Below are positions 16,004 through 25,921 of a stretch of DNA of 31,818 nt, one piece after another. This stretch comes from an uncultured Gammaproteobacteria bacterium (GTDB lineage: Bacteria; Patescibacteriota; Microgenomatia; Levybacterales; UBA12049): assembly GCA_964611415.1 (NCBI GenBank), contig CAZSXQ010000004.1:1-31818 (forward strand). Reading direction: 5' to 3'. The notes under the pieces are model-generated. The model ran no database searches, was not told the DNA's origin, and worked only from the letters and a program-made list of their open reading frames with translations. Both the position numbers and the translations under genes were made by a program. Positions within the stretch are counted from its first letter, which is position 1. The number at the start of each line of letters is the position of its first letter.

Positions 16004-17006
16004 TTTTCATTCCTCCTTTAAATACGGGAATCGAATAAATTACTAAAAATGCTAAACACATAAACGGATGTAGAAACCAAGCTAAATCTCTAATTTTCAC
16101 AAATCCTTTTATTGAATCTTTTAATGGGATAACTATCGTTATCGATAAAATAATATATTTAAGTAACCTTAACCTGTCTTTTTTTGGATCATAAATATAA
16201 TATCTTCTTTTAAAGGCTTCCTCCAATTGATATTTTTCGATAAAATACTTTCTTCTCGATAAAAAAGGTAAAACCTTATTATCAGTAAGATGTATTATTG
16301 TGTCCTTAATAATACCATATTTATTGTGCCCTGCTTTAATTAAGTCTGCTACCACATCTGTATGAATAAAATTGTCAGGATCTGATTTAGCATATTTCAA
16401 AAGCAAACTTTTCTTAAGCGCCGCCCCATTACCACCCAATGCGGGAATATTTTTCTTAGAAAAAGTAATTTTATAATAAGATCCCATGTCTTTGCTTTTA
16501 CCAAAAAGGTTATATTTTGAATTAGCATAAGATAAGTGAGAAGCCTTTCCTAGATAATAGACTACCGGATCTGAACCGCCGAAAAGTGCAAAATATCGAT
16601 CGAGAGATGTCATTTTAGGATCATAATGGAATCTCAATGGCTCAACACCTATTATTTCCTTGTCTTTCATAAAAGGTTCGACGATATTATTAAGCCAATT
16701 AGAATGAGGTATTATATTATCATGATCAAGGAATAATACGATTTCATTCTTTGCATACTTTAATCCTATTCCCTTATTGTATTCCGCATTTTGTTTTTTT
16801 GGATTAACTTTAACTATTTTTGTATTATTATCCTTAGCAATTTTTAATGTAGAGTCCCTAGACCCACCATCTGCGATGATTGTCTCTATCTTTCTCTTAT
16901 CATAATTTTGCTCATTAACTTTCTCGAGACAAAGCCCTAAAGTCCTCCCAGAATTAAAAGTTGCAATTACTATCGAAATAGAAGGAGCTGCTTTTTTTAA
17001 ACTCAT
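15984..17006 (-). CDS. GT2 family glycosyltransferase with hydrophobic C-terminus
   Basis: SIVIATFNS, ADGGSRDST, LDHDN; paralog of 4495..5532. Confidence 0.9.
   Translation of the reverse strand: MSLKKAAPSISIVIATFNSGRTLGLCLEKVNEQNYDKRKIETIIADGGSRDSTLKIAKDNNTKIVKVNPKKQNAEYNKGIGLKYAKNEIVLFLDHDNIIPHSNWLNNIVEPFMKDKEIIGVEPLRFHYDPKMTSLDRYFALFGGSDPVVYYLGKASHLSYANSKYNLFGKSKDMGSYYKITFSKKNIPALGGNGAALKKSLLLKYAKSDPDNFIHTDVVADLIKAGHNKYGIIKDTIIHLTDNKVLPFLSRRKYFIEKYQLEEAFKRRYYIYDPKKDRLRLLKYIILSITIVIPLKDSIKGFVKIRDLAWFLHPFMCLAFLVIYSIPVFKGGMKNVILGK
16011..16017 (-). promoter_or_regulatory. Shine-Dalgarno sequence for the 15071..16003 SDR
   Basis: AGGAGGA 7 nt upstream of ATG 16003, inside the upstream CDS (could be coincidental Gly-Gly codons). 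Confidence 0.5.
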
Positions 17007-17839
17007 TTTGTTTTTTTTGCAAGAACTGCTATGCCTAGTCCTTCTTTATTTTTTACAAACAGATCTAAACGAGCCAATACATAAAGAGCTGGATAAATTG
17101 CTCCTGCAAAAATAAAACTTTTACTCAGAAGGAGATGATTCAGCTCCCACGCAAGTTTTCCAAAAAAACCAAATGTATGCTTAAACTCAATAATTCTCAA
17201 GCCATTACTTTCGAATTCCTTTTTTAGAATCATTCTAGTAAAACCTTCATGAACATGCTCTTCATGTTCCCAGTTATTTAAGCTTTTAAAAATTCTTCTC
17301 TGATCCGCTTGCGGAGTATGTAAATATAGATAACCACCTTTAACTAGGTACAGTGATAAATTCTTAATTACTTTCTTATAGTCTTTCACGTGCTCCAAAA
17401 CATCAATGCTCACCACTAAATCATAGTCTCTCTTTTTTGGAACCAATGTTACGTCTCCATAATCTAATTTAATTTCTCCCACGTTTAATTCCCTTGCCAA
17501 AGATTTTGACATTTTAAGTTTTTGCCGATCAACGTCAATTCCGGTAACATCTGAGCCTTTGTAGAATTTTTTAAGCCAGAACGTATAGATTCCAATCCCG
17601 CTTCCCGCATCAAGTATTTTCTTCTCTTCGTTATTTGGCACATTTGAAAAAAGTATATCCTTAAAATAAAGACATCTTATTTGAAACCCAACCTCGGGTA
17701 TTCCGAAGATAATGATATAGATTTTAAATAAATATCCTAGGACTTGCCCGAAATTTTTCTTACCGTCATACCCCTCGTTCATCTCCTTAAACGAGTTGAG
17801 AAGAATTTGCGGATATTTATAGTACTCTCTGCCAAACAT
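17003..17839 (-). CDS. Class I SAM-dependent methyltransferase
   Basis: ILDAGSGIG, YDLVVSIDVLEHV, LVKGG; start placed at MFGREYY (ATG 17839), 1 nt after the upstream stop, rather than 17911. Confidence 0.85.
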   Translation of the reverse strand: MFGREYYKYPQILLNSFKEMNEGYDGKKNFGQVLGYLFKIYIIIFGIPEVGFQIRCLYFKDILFSNVPNNEEKKILDAGSGIGIYTFWLKKFYKGSDVTGIDVDRQKLKMSKSLARELNVGEIKLDYGDVTLVPKKRDYDLVVSIDVLEHVKDYKKVIKNLSLYLVKGGYLYLHTPQADQRRIFKSLNNWEHEEHVHEGFTRMILKKEFESNGLRIIEFKHTFGFFGKLAWELNHLLLSKSFIFAGAIYPALYVLARLDLFVKNKEGLGIAVLAKKTK

Positions 17840-17840
17840 A

Positions 17841-19013
17841 TTATTTAGAACGTTTTCTATTATATGAGAAGAGGGGGACAGATTGGAATTTCTCAATAAA
17901 ACCCAGTTCATTATTTCCCATTTCTTCTGTCATCAATCTGTTGACGTCCACCGCAGCTTTATTCCAATCAAAAGAATCTGCATGTTTTTTTGCATTATTT
18001 CCTAATTCCCGTCGCGTCTTAGAATCCTCTAGGATTTCTACAACTTTTTCTATAAAATCTCCGTCGTTTTTAGCAAGTAAGCCAGTTTTTTTATTTTTTA
18101 TAGACTCTGATAATCCCGGCACATCAAATGCTACCGCTGGAACCCCATATTGATTAGCTTCTAGAACTGATATTCCCCATCCTTCTCCGATAGAAGGATT
18201 TACAAAAACCCACGCACGTGAGAGTAGTTTTCGTTTTTCTGAAACAGTAACAGGTCCTAATATTTTTACTTTCTTTCTAATTATGCTTCTCATAGACATA
18301 TCCGTTACTATTGATGCCTCCGTTCCCCAGCCAGCTATTATTAGCTGTGCGTTAGGTATCTTTTTCAAGATCTCTGGCATCATTTTGACAAGAAAATCAA
18401 CTCTTTTATACTTCTTTATCCTACCTAGGTAAAGGATAGTTGGAGCAGTAGATCTTTTTAATATTCTTCCGTTCTTTTTACTATTCATCCCACAGTAAAC
18501 AATGTGAATGTTCTTTTCTAAAAAACCAATTTTAACAAGCGCCTCTTTAGTGGTGCGGGATATGGCAACTATTTTAGTATTAAAATAAAACAATGGGAAA
18601 ACATATTTTTCAATTACGTATCCTACCAAACTTAAGGGGAATGGAAGTTCTATAAAAAATTGATTCCCATGAACATGATAAACAACGCTTAGCTTTGGCT
18701 TTCTTGAATACAGAACAGAGAAAAAGGGAATACCATTCTGCACATCTACTACGAAATCGCAATTCTTTCTAAACCTTCTGAGATAACTCAAAGCAGCCCA
18801 GAAATATAGTCCGTACCTTCCTCCCTTTCTGTATACATGGATTCCGTCAATTTTTTCATATTCCGGAAGATTTTTTTTGATATCCTGTCCGCAAAGAAGG
18901 GTAACCTCGTGTCCCATCTTAACCCATCTTTTTGCCAACTCAAAAACATACACCTCTCCACCCCCAGCCCATTCATTTTTTATATCTCTCCAGTTAAGGA
19001 TTACGATGTTCAT
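17841..19013 (-). CDS. GT4 family glycosyltransferase
   Basis: NWRDIKNEWAGGGE, YLGRIKKYKRVD, EGWGISVLEANQYGVPAV. Confidence 0.93.
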   Translation of the reverse strand: MNIVILNWRDIKNEWAGGGEVYVFELAKRWVKMGHEVTLLCGQDIKKNLPEYEKIDGIHVYRKGGRYGLYFWAALSYLRRFRKNCDFVVDVQNGIPFFSVLYSRKPKLSVVYHVHGNQFFIELPFPLSLVGYVIEKYVFPLFYFNTKIVAISRTTKEALVKIGFLEKNIHIVYCGMNSKKNGRILKRSTAPTILYLGRIKKYKRVDFLVKMMPEILKKIPNAQLIIAGWGTEASIVTDMSMRSIIRKKVKILGPVTVSEKRKLLSRAWVFVNPSIGEGWGISVLEANQYGVPAVAFDVPGLSESIKNKKTGLLAKNDGDFIEKVVEILEDSKTRRELGNNAKKHADSFDWNKAAVDVNRLMTEEMGNNELGFIEKFQSVPLFSYNRKRSK

Positions 19014-20311
19014 CTATTATTTTGAGATTTATCTTGCAGGATAAACTTTGCATAATATAACAAAAGCAAAATTATAAGTAAACCACAAACAATCATTGAC
19101 ATACCTATAACCTGGAAGAGGCTAGAGTGAAAGAAATAAATTAAGATTATTTGCGAAATGGCTCCAACCAAAAGAACATATGATATTTCTGTTTTTTTTA
19201 TTGACAGGAAAAATGAGATTAAAAGATTGAGCACGCTGAAAAGCGATATATACAAACCAAATAACCCCAGATACCCTGAAACTTTAAGGTATTCTCTTCC
19301 TCCCAAAAAAAACTGGATTATGAAGTTGGGAAACAAGAAATATAATAATGTAATTCCCAATGATAGCGTAAGCACTCCTAAAAGAGCGAGGTAGAAAATA
19401 TTATTAAAGCTTTCGCTCTTTACATGTCTTTTAACTAAAAGCGGAAACATTACGCTAGGAATGGGTGCCGTAAAAAAGAATATTACTTTGCCTACCACTG
19501 ACAGGCCTCCATACAAGCCTGCTACGTCTGCTGGAAAGAAATGTTTAACCAAAATTACATCTGAGGAAATTAATGAAAAAATTGAAATCACAGCAATCGA
19601 TGTTGGAAGTGCGTAAACAAACACTTCTTTATGAGGAAATTTTACTTTTTCGCTGTGCTTAACAATAATTCTTTTCAGAGGAAAGAAACCAAGAATGAGG
19701 GTTATAAAATACATAAAAAATATCGCCCACAACCCTCCAAATACCTTGTAACCCAGATAAACCAACCCGATACCACCGAATAGTTTTATTACTCCACTCG
19801 TGACTGAAATGAATGACATAAGCTTAAATCTAAGCAAACTCTGAAGAACTGAAGTATTAACAACGCTTATATAAGAAACTGCAACAATTAACCCTGTGAG
19901 AATAATAAGCCTAGTGTCGGAAATTTTAAGAAAATCTGATATAAAGCGGGACAGAAAGAAAAATAAAATAAAGACAGAAATACTTAAAATGCCTATATAG
20001 AAAAGTATTCTTTTATAAAAATAAGAAGCATGCTCGCTTTCGTTAAGTGCAAAATATTTACTAATAAATCTAAGTATTACAGTGTTAAAGGATAGGGTGG
20101 GTATTGTAAAAAGAGTAATAAGGGATAAAAGACTGGTAAAAATACCATAATCTGAATAAGTCAAACTTCTTGCTAAGAAAAGATTGAGTATGAAAGCAAG
20201 AAAGCTTGATGCGCTTGTTCCAAGAAAGATAAAAAAAGCTCCTCCGACAAGATCATGGCTAATGATTCTCTTTATTAAAGTTAGGGATTGTTTTAATTTA
20301 GATAAAAACAT
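19010..20311 (-). CDS. wzx: Wzx-type (MOP superfamily) oligosaccharide flippase
   Basis: About 12 hydrophobic segments, LARSL...YG, SDVILVKHFF...AGLYGGLSVVGK, MFPLL. Confidence 0.85.
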   Translation of the reverse strand: MFLSKLKQSLTLIKRIISHDLVGGAFFIFLGTSASSFLAFILNLFLARSLTYSDYGIFTSLLSLITLFTIPTLSFNTVILRFISKYFALNESEHASYFYKRILFYIGILSISVFILFFFLSRFISDFLKISDTRLIILTGLIVAVSYISVVNTSVLQSLLRFKLMSFISVTSGVIKLFGGIGLVYLGYKVFGGLWAIFFMYFITLILGFFPLKRIIVKHSEKVKFPHKEVFVYALPTSIAVISIFSLISSDVILVKHFFPADVAGLYGGLSVVGKVIFFFTAPIPSVMFPLLVKRHVKSESFNNIFYLALLGVLTLSLGITLLYFLFPNFIIQFFLGGREYLKVSGYLGLFGLYISLFSVLNLLISFFLSIKKTEISYVLLVGAISQIILIYFFHSSLFQVIGMSMIVCGLLIILLLLYYAKFILQDKSQNNR

Positions 20312-21347
20312 CTTCGTATACTTTTTCCATGCCGGTCACAAACTTTTCCCACGTAAATTGTTTTGCCTGTTTAAGTCCTTTTTCCGACATTTCTTCCAAA
20401 ACCCTTTTATTATCTAAAAGCTCTTCTATTCCTTTGGCAATTGAGCCGGAGTCATTTGCATCAATATAACAGGGGGCGTCTCCACCGACTTCTTCAAGTG
20501 AAGAAACTTTAGAAGTGATGACAGGGCAACCGGCCTGCATTGCCTCAAGAACCCCTAAACCAAAGCCTTCATAAAGAGATGGCATTAGAAATATGCTCGC
20601 ATGATTATATAAATCGTTTAGATCTTCATCCTCTACAAATCCAGGAAGAAAAAAATGGTTATCGTTTTTTATAATATCTTGGAAGCTTGCCAATTCCTTA
20701 TTCCAAGCATTTTTTTTGTCATAATTTTCGTTCCTAAGAGCTTTTCCTACCATTACTATATTAGTATTTGTTTTTTTTACAGCTTCAGCAATTCTTACAA
20801 GATTTTTGTTCCACGTAGCATCTCCTACGTAAAGTATGAAATCCTCTGGGAAATTATATTTCTTTAAAACTCTTTTTTCTTTAGTTTTTTTTCTAAAAAC
20901 TTTCGATGCTGCGAGAGGAACTACTCTTACTTTTTTAGGATTAACGCTTACTATTCTTAGTATATCTTTCCTCGACGATTCCGAATCTGTAACTATTAAA
21001 TTTTTATTCTTAAGCGCCTGCTTTTGGATTTCCCATTTTAGTCTTCCTTTCACTCCGACAGGAAACATTTTTGGGAAAACTAGAGGAATAAGATCGTGCA
21101 CTGTAACTATGGCCGGTATTTTTACTCTCAGAGGAAGAGATAGAAAAAAAGGTTCGAAGTATGGATAGTGAACTAAGTCAAAACCGCTTAGCGGTACGGA
21201 TTTATTTTCTATAATTGTATATGAATTTTTCCTATCATAGATAGACATATTGTTTATTAATTCTCTGATATATGTTCCTGAGCCTCTTACTTCATGTTGA
21301 GCTAGGTTATCTCGATTCAAGGGTGATTTATCAATTGCTATCCTCAT
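20298..21347 (-). CDS. GT4 family glycosyltransferase (mannosyltransferase-like)
   Basis: TVHDLIPL, TDSESSR, YVGDATWNKN, PSLYEGFGLGVLEAMQAGCPVITS. Confidence 0.92.
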   Translation of the reverse strand: MRIAIDKSPLNRDNLAQHEVRGSGTYIRELINNMSIYDRKNSYTIIENKSVPLSGFDLVHYPYFEPFFLSLPLRVKIPAIVTVHDLIPLVFPKMFPVGVKGRLKWEIQKQALKNKNLIVTDSESSRKDILRIVSVNPKKVRVVPLAASKVFRKKTKEKRVLKKYNFPEDFILYVGDATWNKNLVRIAEAVKKTNTNIVMVGKALRNENYDKKNAWNKELASFQDIIKNDNHFFLPGFVEDEDLNDLYNHASIFLMPSLYEGFGLGVLEAMQAGCPVITSKVSSLEEVGGDAPCYIDANDSGSIAKGIEELLDNKRVLEEMSEKGLKQAKQFTWEKFVTGMEKVYEDVFI

Positions 21348-22999
21348 TTTTTAATTATAACAGGAGTTTTAATCAAGAGTGTTGTTAACGTTAACACTGA
21401 AATTAAAAAGATTATGTAAGACGTTTTTTGGACTTTAGTACTTTTCAGAAAAACCCTAATCTCATGTTTACCTTTAGGAATTTCTATTCCTATCTTGCCT
21501 TTTTTGTTTAATAAGTTACCTTTTTTTTCATCAATTTCAACACTCCATCCAGGAAAATAAGCAGTGTTAACTAATATTTCCGATTTTTCATTTAAGCTAG
21601 CTTTAAGTTTATATTCATTAGATTTCATTTCTAAAAACTGTATGTCTCCTAAATTTTTATCAATCTCGATTATTTGGGGGGTCTTCTGGGGAACTGCTGG
21701 CAACCAAGCAGTGTTAAAAGCATCTCCAGGACTATTTGTACCATCCGTAAAATTAGACCTGGATAAATAATAATTATCTGTCCTTAGATGATGGAAAGGT
21801 GCTTTAGCATAACCGTAGCCTAAACCAAAAGAAAGAAGGATTAAGATGAGTGCAACAAAAACCCTTGCTCTATAGCGATTCTTATAAAACTTTTCTTGTA
21901 CTAACCCTCCTGCTAAGAAAGATGTAATCACTATTAATACGCTCAAAAGTCTCCAGGGAAACTGGACGAATGACGCTAACGGTACAATTTCCCAAAGCCA
22001 AGAGGAAAAAGGTGTAATAAGAAAAAGAAATAAAAAGAATAATCCGAGAAAGAAAATTATATTCTTTTTATTTTTTAGAAAAAATAATGATACTAGGGAA
22101 ATCAAAACTACCGACACATTTGCTATTCCTATCTGAAAGGACATCTGGTCAGCTCCTCCTACACCAGAAAAACCGTATCCCCAAGAAGAATAAATTAATT
22201 TATAAAGAACCGGATAATGATCGGCAGGTAAAGACGTTTGGAGCCCTACTACAAACATCTTCTCTATTAATGCTGGTAGCCAGAAAGGCGCTGCCAGGCC
22301 TAGACCAAGAATTGCTATCATTGCAAATTTTTTAACTTCATGTATTTTATTTTTAACATTCGATATAAGGAAAGCCGCATAAAGAAGAAAAAATGAGAAG
22401 AATACGAGCGCCAAAATGTTATGAGAATAAACTAAAAGAGTTAAAAATATGACTGATAATAAAACGTAAATACTTTTTTTTGTTTCGATAAGTGAGGAAT
22501 AAGACCATAGAAGTCCGGGAAACAAACCTAAACTCCAAACCTCTCCCACAGACCCTCTTACGTAGACATCAAGAAAATGGTACGGGGAAAAGGTATAAAA
22601 TACTGAAGAAACCACTCCTCCTAAGTCTCCCCAAAACCTCCTGGACCATAAATAAAAGAACACAGAACCAATTAGTGAGGCCATTATCATATTTAATTTA
22701 AAAGAATCAATAAAACTAAATCCTAAAATGTGTAAAAATGAGGCAAAGTAATTAGGCAAGGGGTAGACATAATTAAAAAGAGGTATCCCAAACCCGTTGT
22801 TAAAATCAGGAGCCCATCTCGGATATATAATTCCGTCACTTAAAGCCTTGTGAAACTGCTGAAACCTTAGCACGTGGTATTCTCCATCATGAGTAGGAGG
22901 AAGACCAGGGCTGAATAAGCCTAGGACCGATAGGAATCCAAAAGCCAGAACTACGAACCAATATTTATATTTCAAAAATAATTCCATTTTTATCTTCAT
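21344..22999 (-). CDS. GT-C-type integral membrane protein (PTPS-related/YfhO-like membrane family)
   Basis: THDGEYH..R......L..G..YPRWAPDFNNGFGIPLFNYVYPL, QFPWRLL, many TM segments; start may be 22987. Confidence 0.75.
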   Translation of the reverse strand: MKIKMELFLKYKYWFVVLAFGFLSVLGLFSPGLPPTHDGEYHVLRFQQFHKALSDGIIYPRWAPDFNNGFGIPLFNYVYPLPNYFASFLHILGFSFIDSFKLNMIMASLIGSVFFYLWSRRFWGDLGGVVSSVFYTFSPYHFLDVYVRGSVGEVWSLGLFPGLLWSYSSLIETKKSIYVLLSVIFLTLLVYSHNILALVFFSFFLLYAAFLISNVKNKIHEVKKFAMIAILGLGLAAPFWLPALIEKMFVVGLQTSLPADHYPVLYKLIYSSWGYGFSGVGGADQMSFQIGIANVSVVLISLVSLFFLKNKKNIIFFLGLFFLFLFLITPFSSWLWEIVPLASFVQFPWRLLSVLIVITSFLAGGLVQEKFYKNRYRARVFVALILILLSFGLGYGYAKAPFHHLRTDNYYLSRSNFTDGTNSPGDAFNTAWLPAVPQKTPQIIEIDKNLGDIQFLEMKSNEYKLKASLNEKSEILVNTAYFPGWSVEIDEKKGNLLNKKGKIGIEIPKGKHEIRVFLKSTKVQKTSYIIFLISVLTLTTLLIKTPVIIKK

Positions 23000-24788
23000 A
23001 TATTTTTTTAAATTGCTTAATAAGATCTTTATTGTAATTCATTTCATTTTTTGCAAAACCATCCTTGTATATAACAATATACTTTATATTGTACTTCTCT
23101 AAAATTTCTTTTCTCTGGGCTTCATCACTTCCGTTAATAATTTGCTCACGTTCGGATGTCCTCCGGGAGGGATCTTCTCCGTAAACAAAAAGATAGTGAG
23201 CACGTCCTAGGAAGGTTTTCTTTCCTATGAGAGACATGGGGTCATAAATTTCCCCATTAGTAATAATCATCTTTTCCGGGGATAGCCTATGGAGTGCGGT
23301 TTTCATTAAATCATTTTTACCGTAGTCAGGAATCCTAGTGTAAATGTCATTTTTTATTACCAAATTATTGACAACACCCGAAGATATGAAAACAAAAATA
23401 AGAAGTAGTGACAGGTATTTAATGGCGTTATTAATTTTCGAAACTCGGAAAATTGCATAAGCTGAAAACATATTCATAAATATTATCCAAAGATTAAAAA
23501 ACTTATGATTATCGTACTCAAACCTTGTACTAAACGTTAGGACATTAGGAATTAAAAAAAGCAGAGATGAAATTAAAAAAACTTTTTTTGCATTTCTGTT
23601 AGATAGAAAGAATCCAATTAAAATCAATAACGCACCTATTCCAAGGTTTAAAATCCAAAATTTCATAAACGTAATCGCTGTAAGGTTTTCAATTAGGAAT
23701 CCAATCCTTACTGCAATCAACCCGCTTGAGGAGATACCAACCAAAAACATTTGAATCAGAGAAAATACTGAAGCGATAATAATCACCATTAATAACTCTT
23801 TCTGTCTTTTTACAATAAACATACCTAATATTAGGATCATGATTGCTACAAACATCATTCCGTGCCATAGAAAAGATAGCCCAATCATTGCGCCAAAAAA
23901 AACGGCAGTTTTTAAACTTAAGGATTTTGAATCCCAAAAATAAAAAAAGACAAACAATACGAATGCTATACCAAAGATTAAATGCCTTTGGTTTAAAAAA
24001 GTATTCATATTGAAAAAACTAAATATAAGAGACTTGTCGAAAGGAGCGTTATTTATATAAGTCTGATTTCTCCATATTTCTAAAGGCAAACCAAGGCTAA
24101 CTCCTTTTTGAACAATAAAGTTTAAAAAAGAAAAATTACTTGGAAAAATAAAAAAAAGTGTTGATAGTATAGCTACTATTGCACTTTTAAAAATTCCCCT
24201 AGATATCGAGTAGACATAAAATAACAAGCTAGTAAGTGATAAAGCGCTTATGGTATTAATCGCATAATCAATTCTTAATCCCAGGTTCTCCAATATTCCG
24301 GCAAATAGATCAAACATAAAATAATATATTCCCCCACCATTAGCATAGAAGGGAATTTCGAAAGGAAAATTATTTCCTAGCGAGAATGATCTTATGAAAG
24401 GAATGTGAGCTCCGTAATCCAGATATATATTAGAAGCTATTAAAAATTCTGATGTTGATAAATCATAGCTAAAACTTTTTTTAAATACTAAAAATGAAAT
24501 GATAAAAACTAAAATAAAAATGAGCGGATGAAGAAAGTTTTTATTAGGAGGTTTGATTTTTCTGACATTGACTAAAATAGCGGTCATTACGAAGAATGCA
24601 TAAATAGCTATAGAAAAAGAAAGGCTGCCTATTAAATATGACGTACCTAGGTAAATAATTGGAATTGATACAATTGAACCTAATACAAAAGCGTCAGGAA
24701 TAATTAATTTTTTTTCTCTATCCGGAATAAAAAAACGGCTAAGAAGGAGTCCGGTTAAAAATATAAGAGCTAAAAAAACTATCCACAT
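22965..24788 (-). CDS. Multi-pass membrane protein, probable GT-C glycosyltransferase
   Basis: 607 aa, many TM segments, loop NIYLDYGAHIPFIRSF, YYFMFD, QRHLIFG, soluble C-terminal domain. Confidence 0.65.
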   Translation of the reverse strand: MWIVFLALIFLTGLLLSRFFIPDREKKLIIPDAFVLGSIVSIPIIYLGTSYLIGSLSFSIAIYAFFVMTAILVNVRKIKPPNKNFLHPLIFILVFIISFLVFKKSFSYDLSTSEFLIASNIYLDYGAHIPFIRSFSLGNNFPFEIPFYANGGGIYYFMFDLFAGILENLGLRIDYAINTISALSLTSLLFYVYSISRGIFKSAIVAILSTLFFIFPSNFSFLNFIVQKGVSLGLPLEIWRNQTYINNAPFDKSLIFSFFNMNTFLNQRHLIFGIAFVLFVFFYFWDSKSLSLKTAVFFGAMIGLSFLWHGMMFVAIMILILGMFIVKRQKELLMVIIIASVFSLIQMFLVGISSSGLIAVRIGFLIENLTAITFMKFWILNLGIGALLILIGFFLSNRNAKKVFLISSLLFLIPNVLTFSTRFEYDNHKFFNLWIIFMNMFSAYAIFRVSKINNAIKYLSLLLIFVFISSGVVNNLVIKNDIYTRIPDYGKNDLMKTALHRLSPEKMIITNGEIYDPMSLIGKKTFLGRAHYLFVYGEDPSRRTSEREQIINGSDEAQRKEILEKYNIKYIVIYKDGFAKNEMNYNKDLIKQFKKIYEDKNGIIFEI

Positions 24789-25921
24789 TATTTGATTAAT
24801 TTCCTACCAGAAGCAAGGGACAGATAGGTAAATAGACCGGCAAGTAAAAATAATGGCCCGAATGTTATTCCGATTTTTATATAAGGGGTTAAACCAAAAT
24901 GATTTCCCAAATACATATAGGGAACGTATCTCAGGAGCAGACAGAATGAAAAGATACCGGATAGAAGATAAAGCTTAGTATTTTTTGTAAGCGTTACAAA
25001 AATCAACACCCAGATAAAATACCATGGATAAATTTCTTCTCTAATCGGGGAAAGAAAGAATATTATTGACATAAGAATTGCAGAAAGTATATAAACTTTT
25101 TCCCATTTGATTGCTTTTTTTCTTATTTTTTGCCAAAGAATATAAATATAAACTGGAAAAAGAAACAATGTTGCAAACTTTATCAAAACCGACAAAACTA
25201 AAGAGCCCATTGAGAAAAACAGCTTTCTCTCTTTCAATAAAATTAGTGATAGGAGAGCAAAAAACACCATCACGATGTCATTATGCCCTCCCACAAAGGT
25301 TTCAAACAGAACTAAGGGGTTTAGCCCAAAGAATGCAACCGTGATCACGTCTTTTGATTCTTTCCAAAGGATATATAGAGTTAAAAGGTAAAACAATACG
25401 ACTAACAATTTAAATCCGAACATCATTAATATAAAATTCCAAGAAAGTAAAAAATAAGGTATTCCTGTAAGAACTAACCAAAAAGGTGCGTAAAGCGCAG
25501 TTTTATTTGCTGCGTGAGTGTAATTTAAGAATTCCTGTCCGCTAAATTCTATAGGCATAACTATATAAGGATTTTCCAAGAATCCAAATAGAACTTTGGC
25601 AGTTGTTGTATAGTTAAAAATATCATAAGAAACCATCGCAGGATAGGAAAAAAATAAAAGAGCTGCGGTTATAAATATGACTTTTTTAACAGTGCCCAAA
25701 TGTATATTTTTTTTGTGAGCTTCTCTAACGAACAAAAAATAAATTAAATAAAGAAATGACACAATAAATATAAAAATTAATGAAGCCGAAGGTCTATTGT
25801 GAAGTGAAAAACCTGTGTAAAGACTACTTAGATAACTTAAGTTGGGATCTACAAAAGCGTATGAAAAAATTGTCAAAAGAATCGACGTCAAAATAAAAGC
25901 TGCAAATAAAAACCTACTCAT
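24788..25921 (-). CDS. GT-C glycosyltransferase, MptA/MptB/GT87-like polyprenol-P-sugar-dependent transferase
   Basis: SYDIFNY...ENPY..P, YAPFW, NPLVLFE..GGHND, YPWYFIW. Confidence 0.75.
   Translation of the reverse strand: MSRFLFAAFILTSILLTIFSYAFVDPNLSYLSSLYTGFSLHNRPSASLIFIFIVSFLYLIYFLFVREAHKKNIHLGTVKKVIFITAALLFFSYPAMVSYDIFNYTTTAKVLFGFLENPYIVMPIEFSGQEFLNYTHAANKTALYAPFWLVLTGIPYFLLSWNFILMMFGFKLLVVLFYLLTLYILWKESKDVITVAFFGLNPLVLFETFVGGHNDIVMVFFALLSLILLKERKLFFSMGSLVLSVLIKFATLFLFPVYIYILWQKIRKKAIKWEKVYILSAILMSIIFFLSPIREEIYPWYFIWVLIFVTLTKNTKLYLLSGIFSFCLLLRYVPYMYLGNHFGLTPYIKIGITFGPLFLLAGLFTYLSLASGRKLIK

Noticed and set aside
17840-17911. N-terminal extension of the methyltransferase in the ORF track
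   Set aside because: 70 nt overlap with the GT4; ATG 17839 directly follows the GT4 stop.
21344-22999. 6-pyruvoyl-tetrahydropterin synthase activity
   Set aside because: The family name is historical; the protein is a multi-pass membrane protein without PTPS catalytic motifs.
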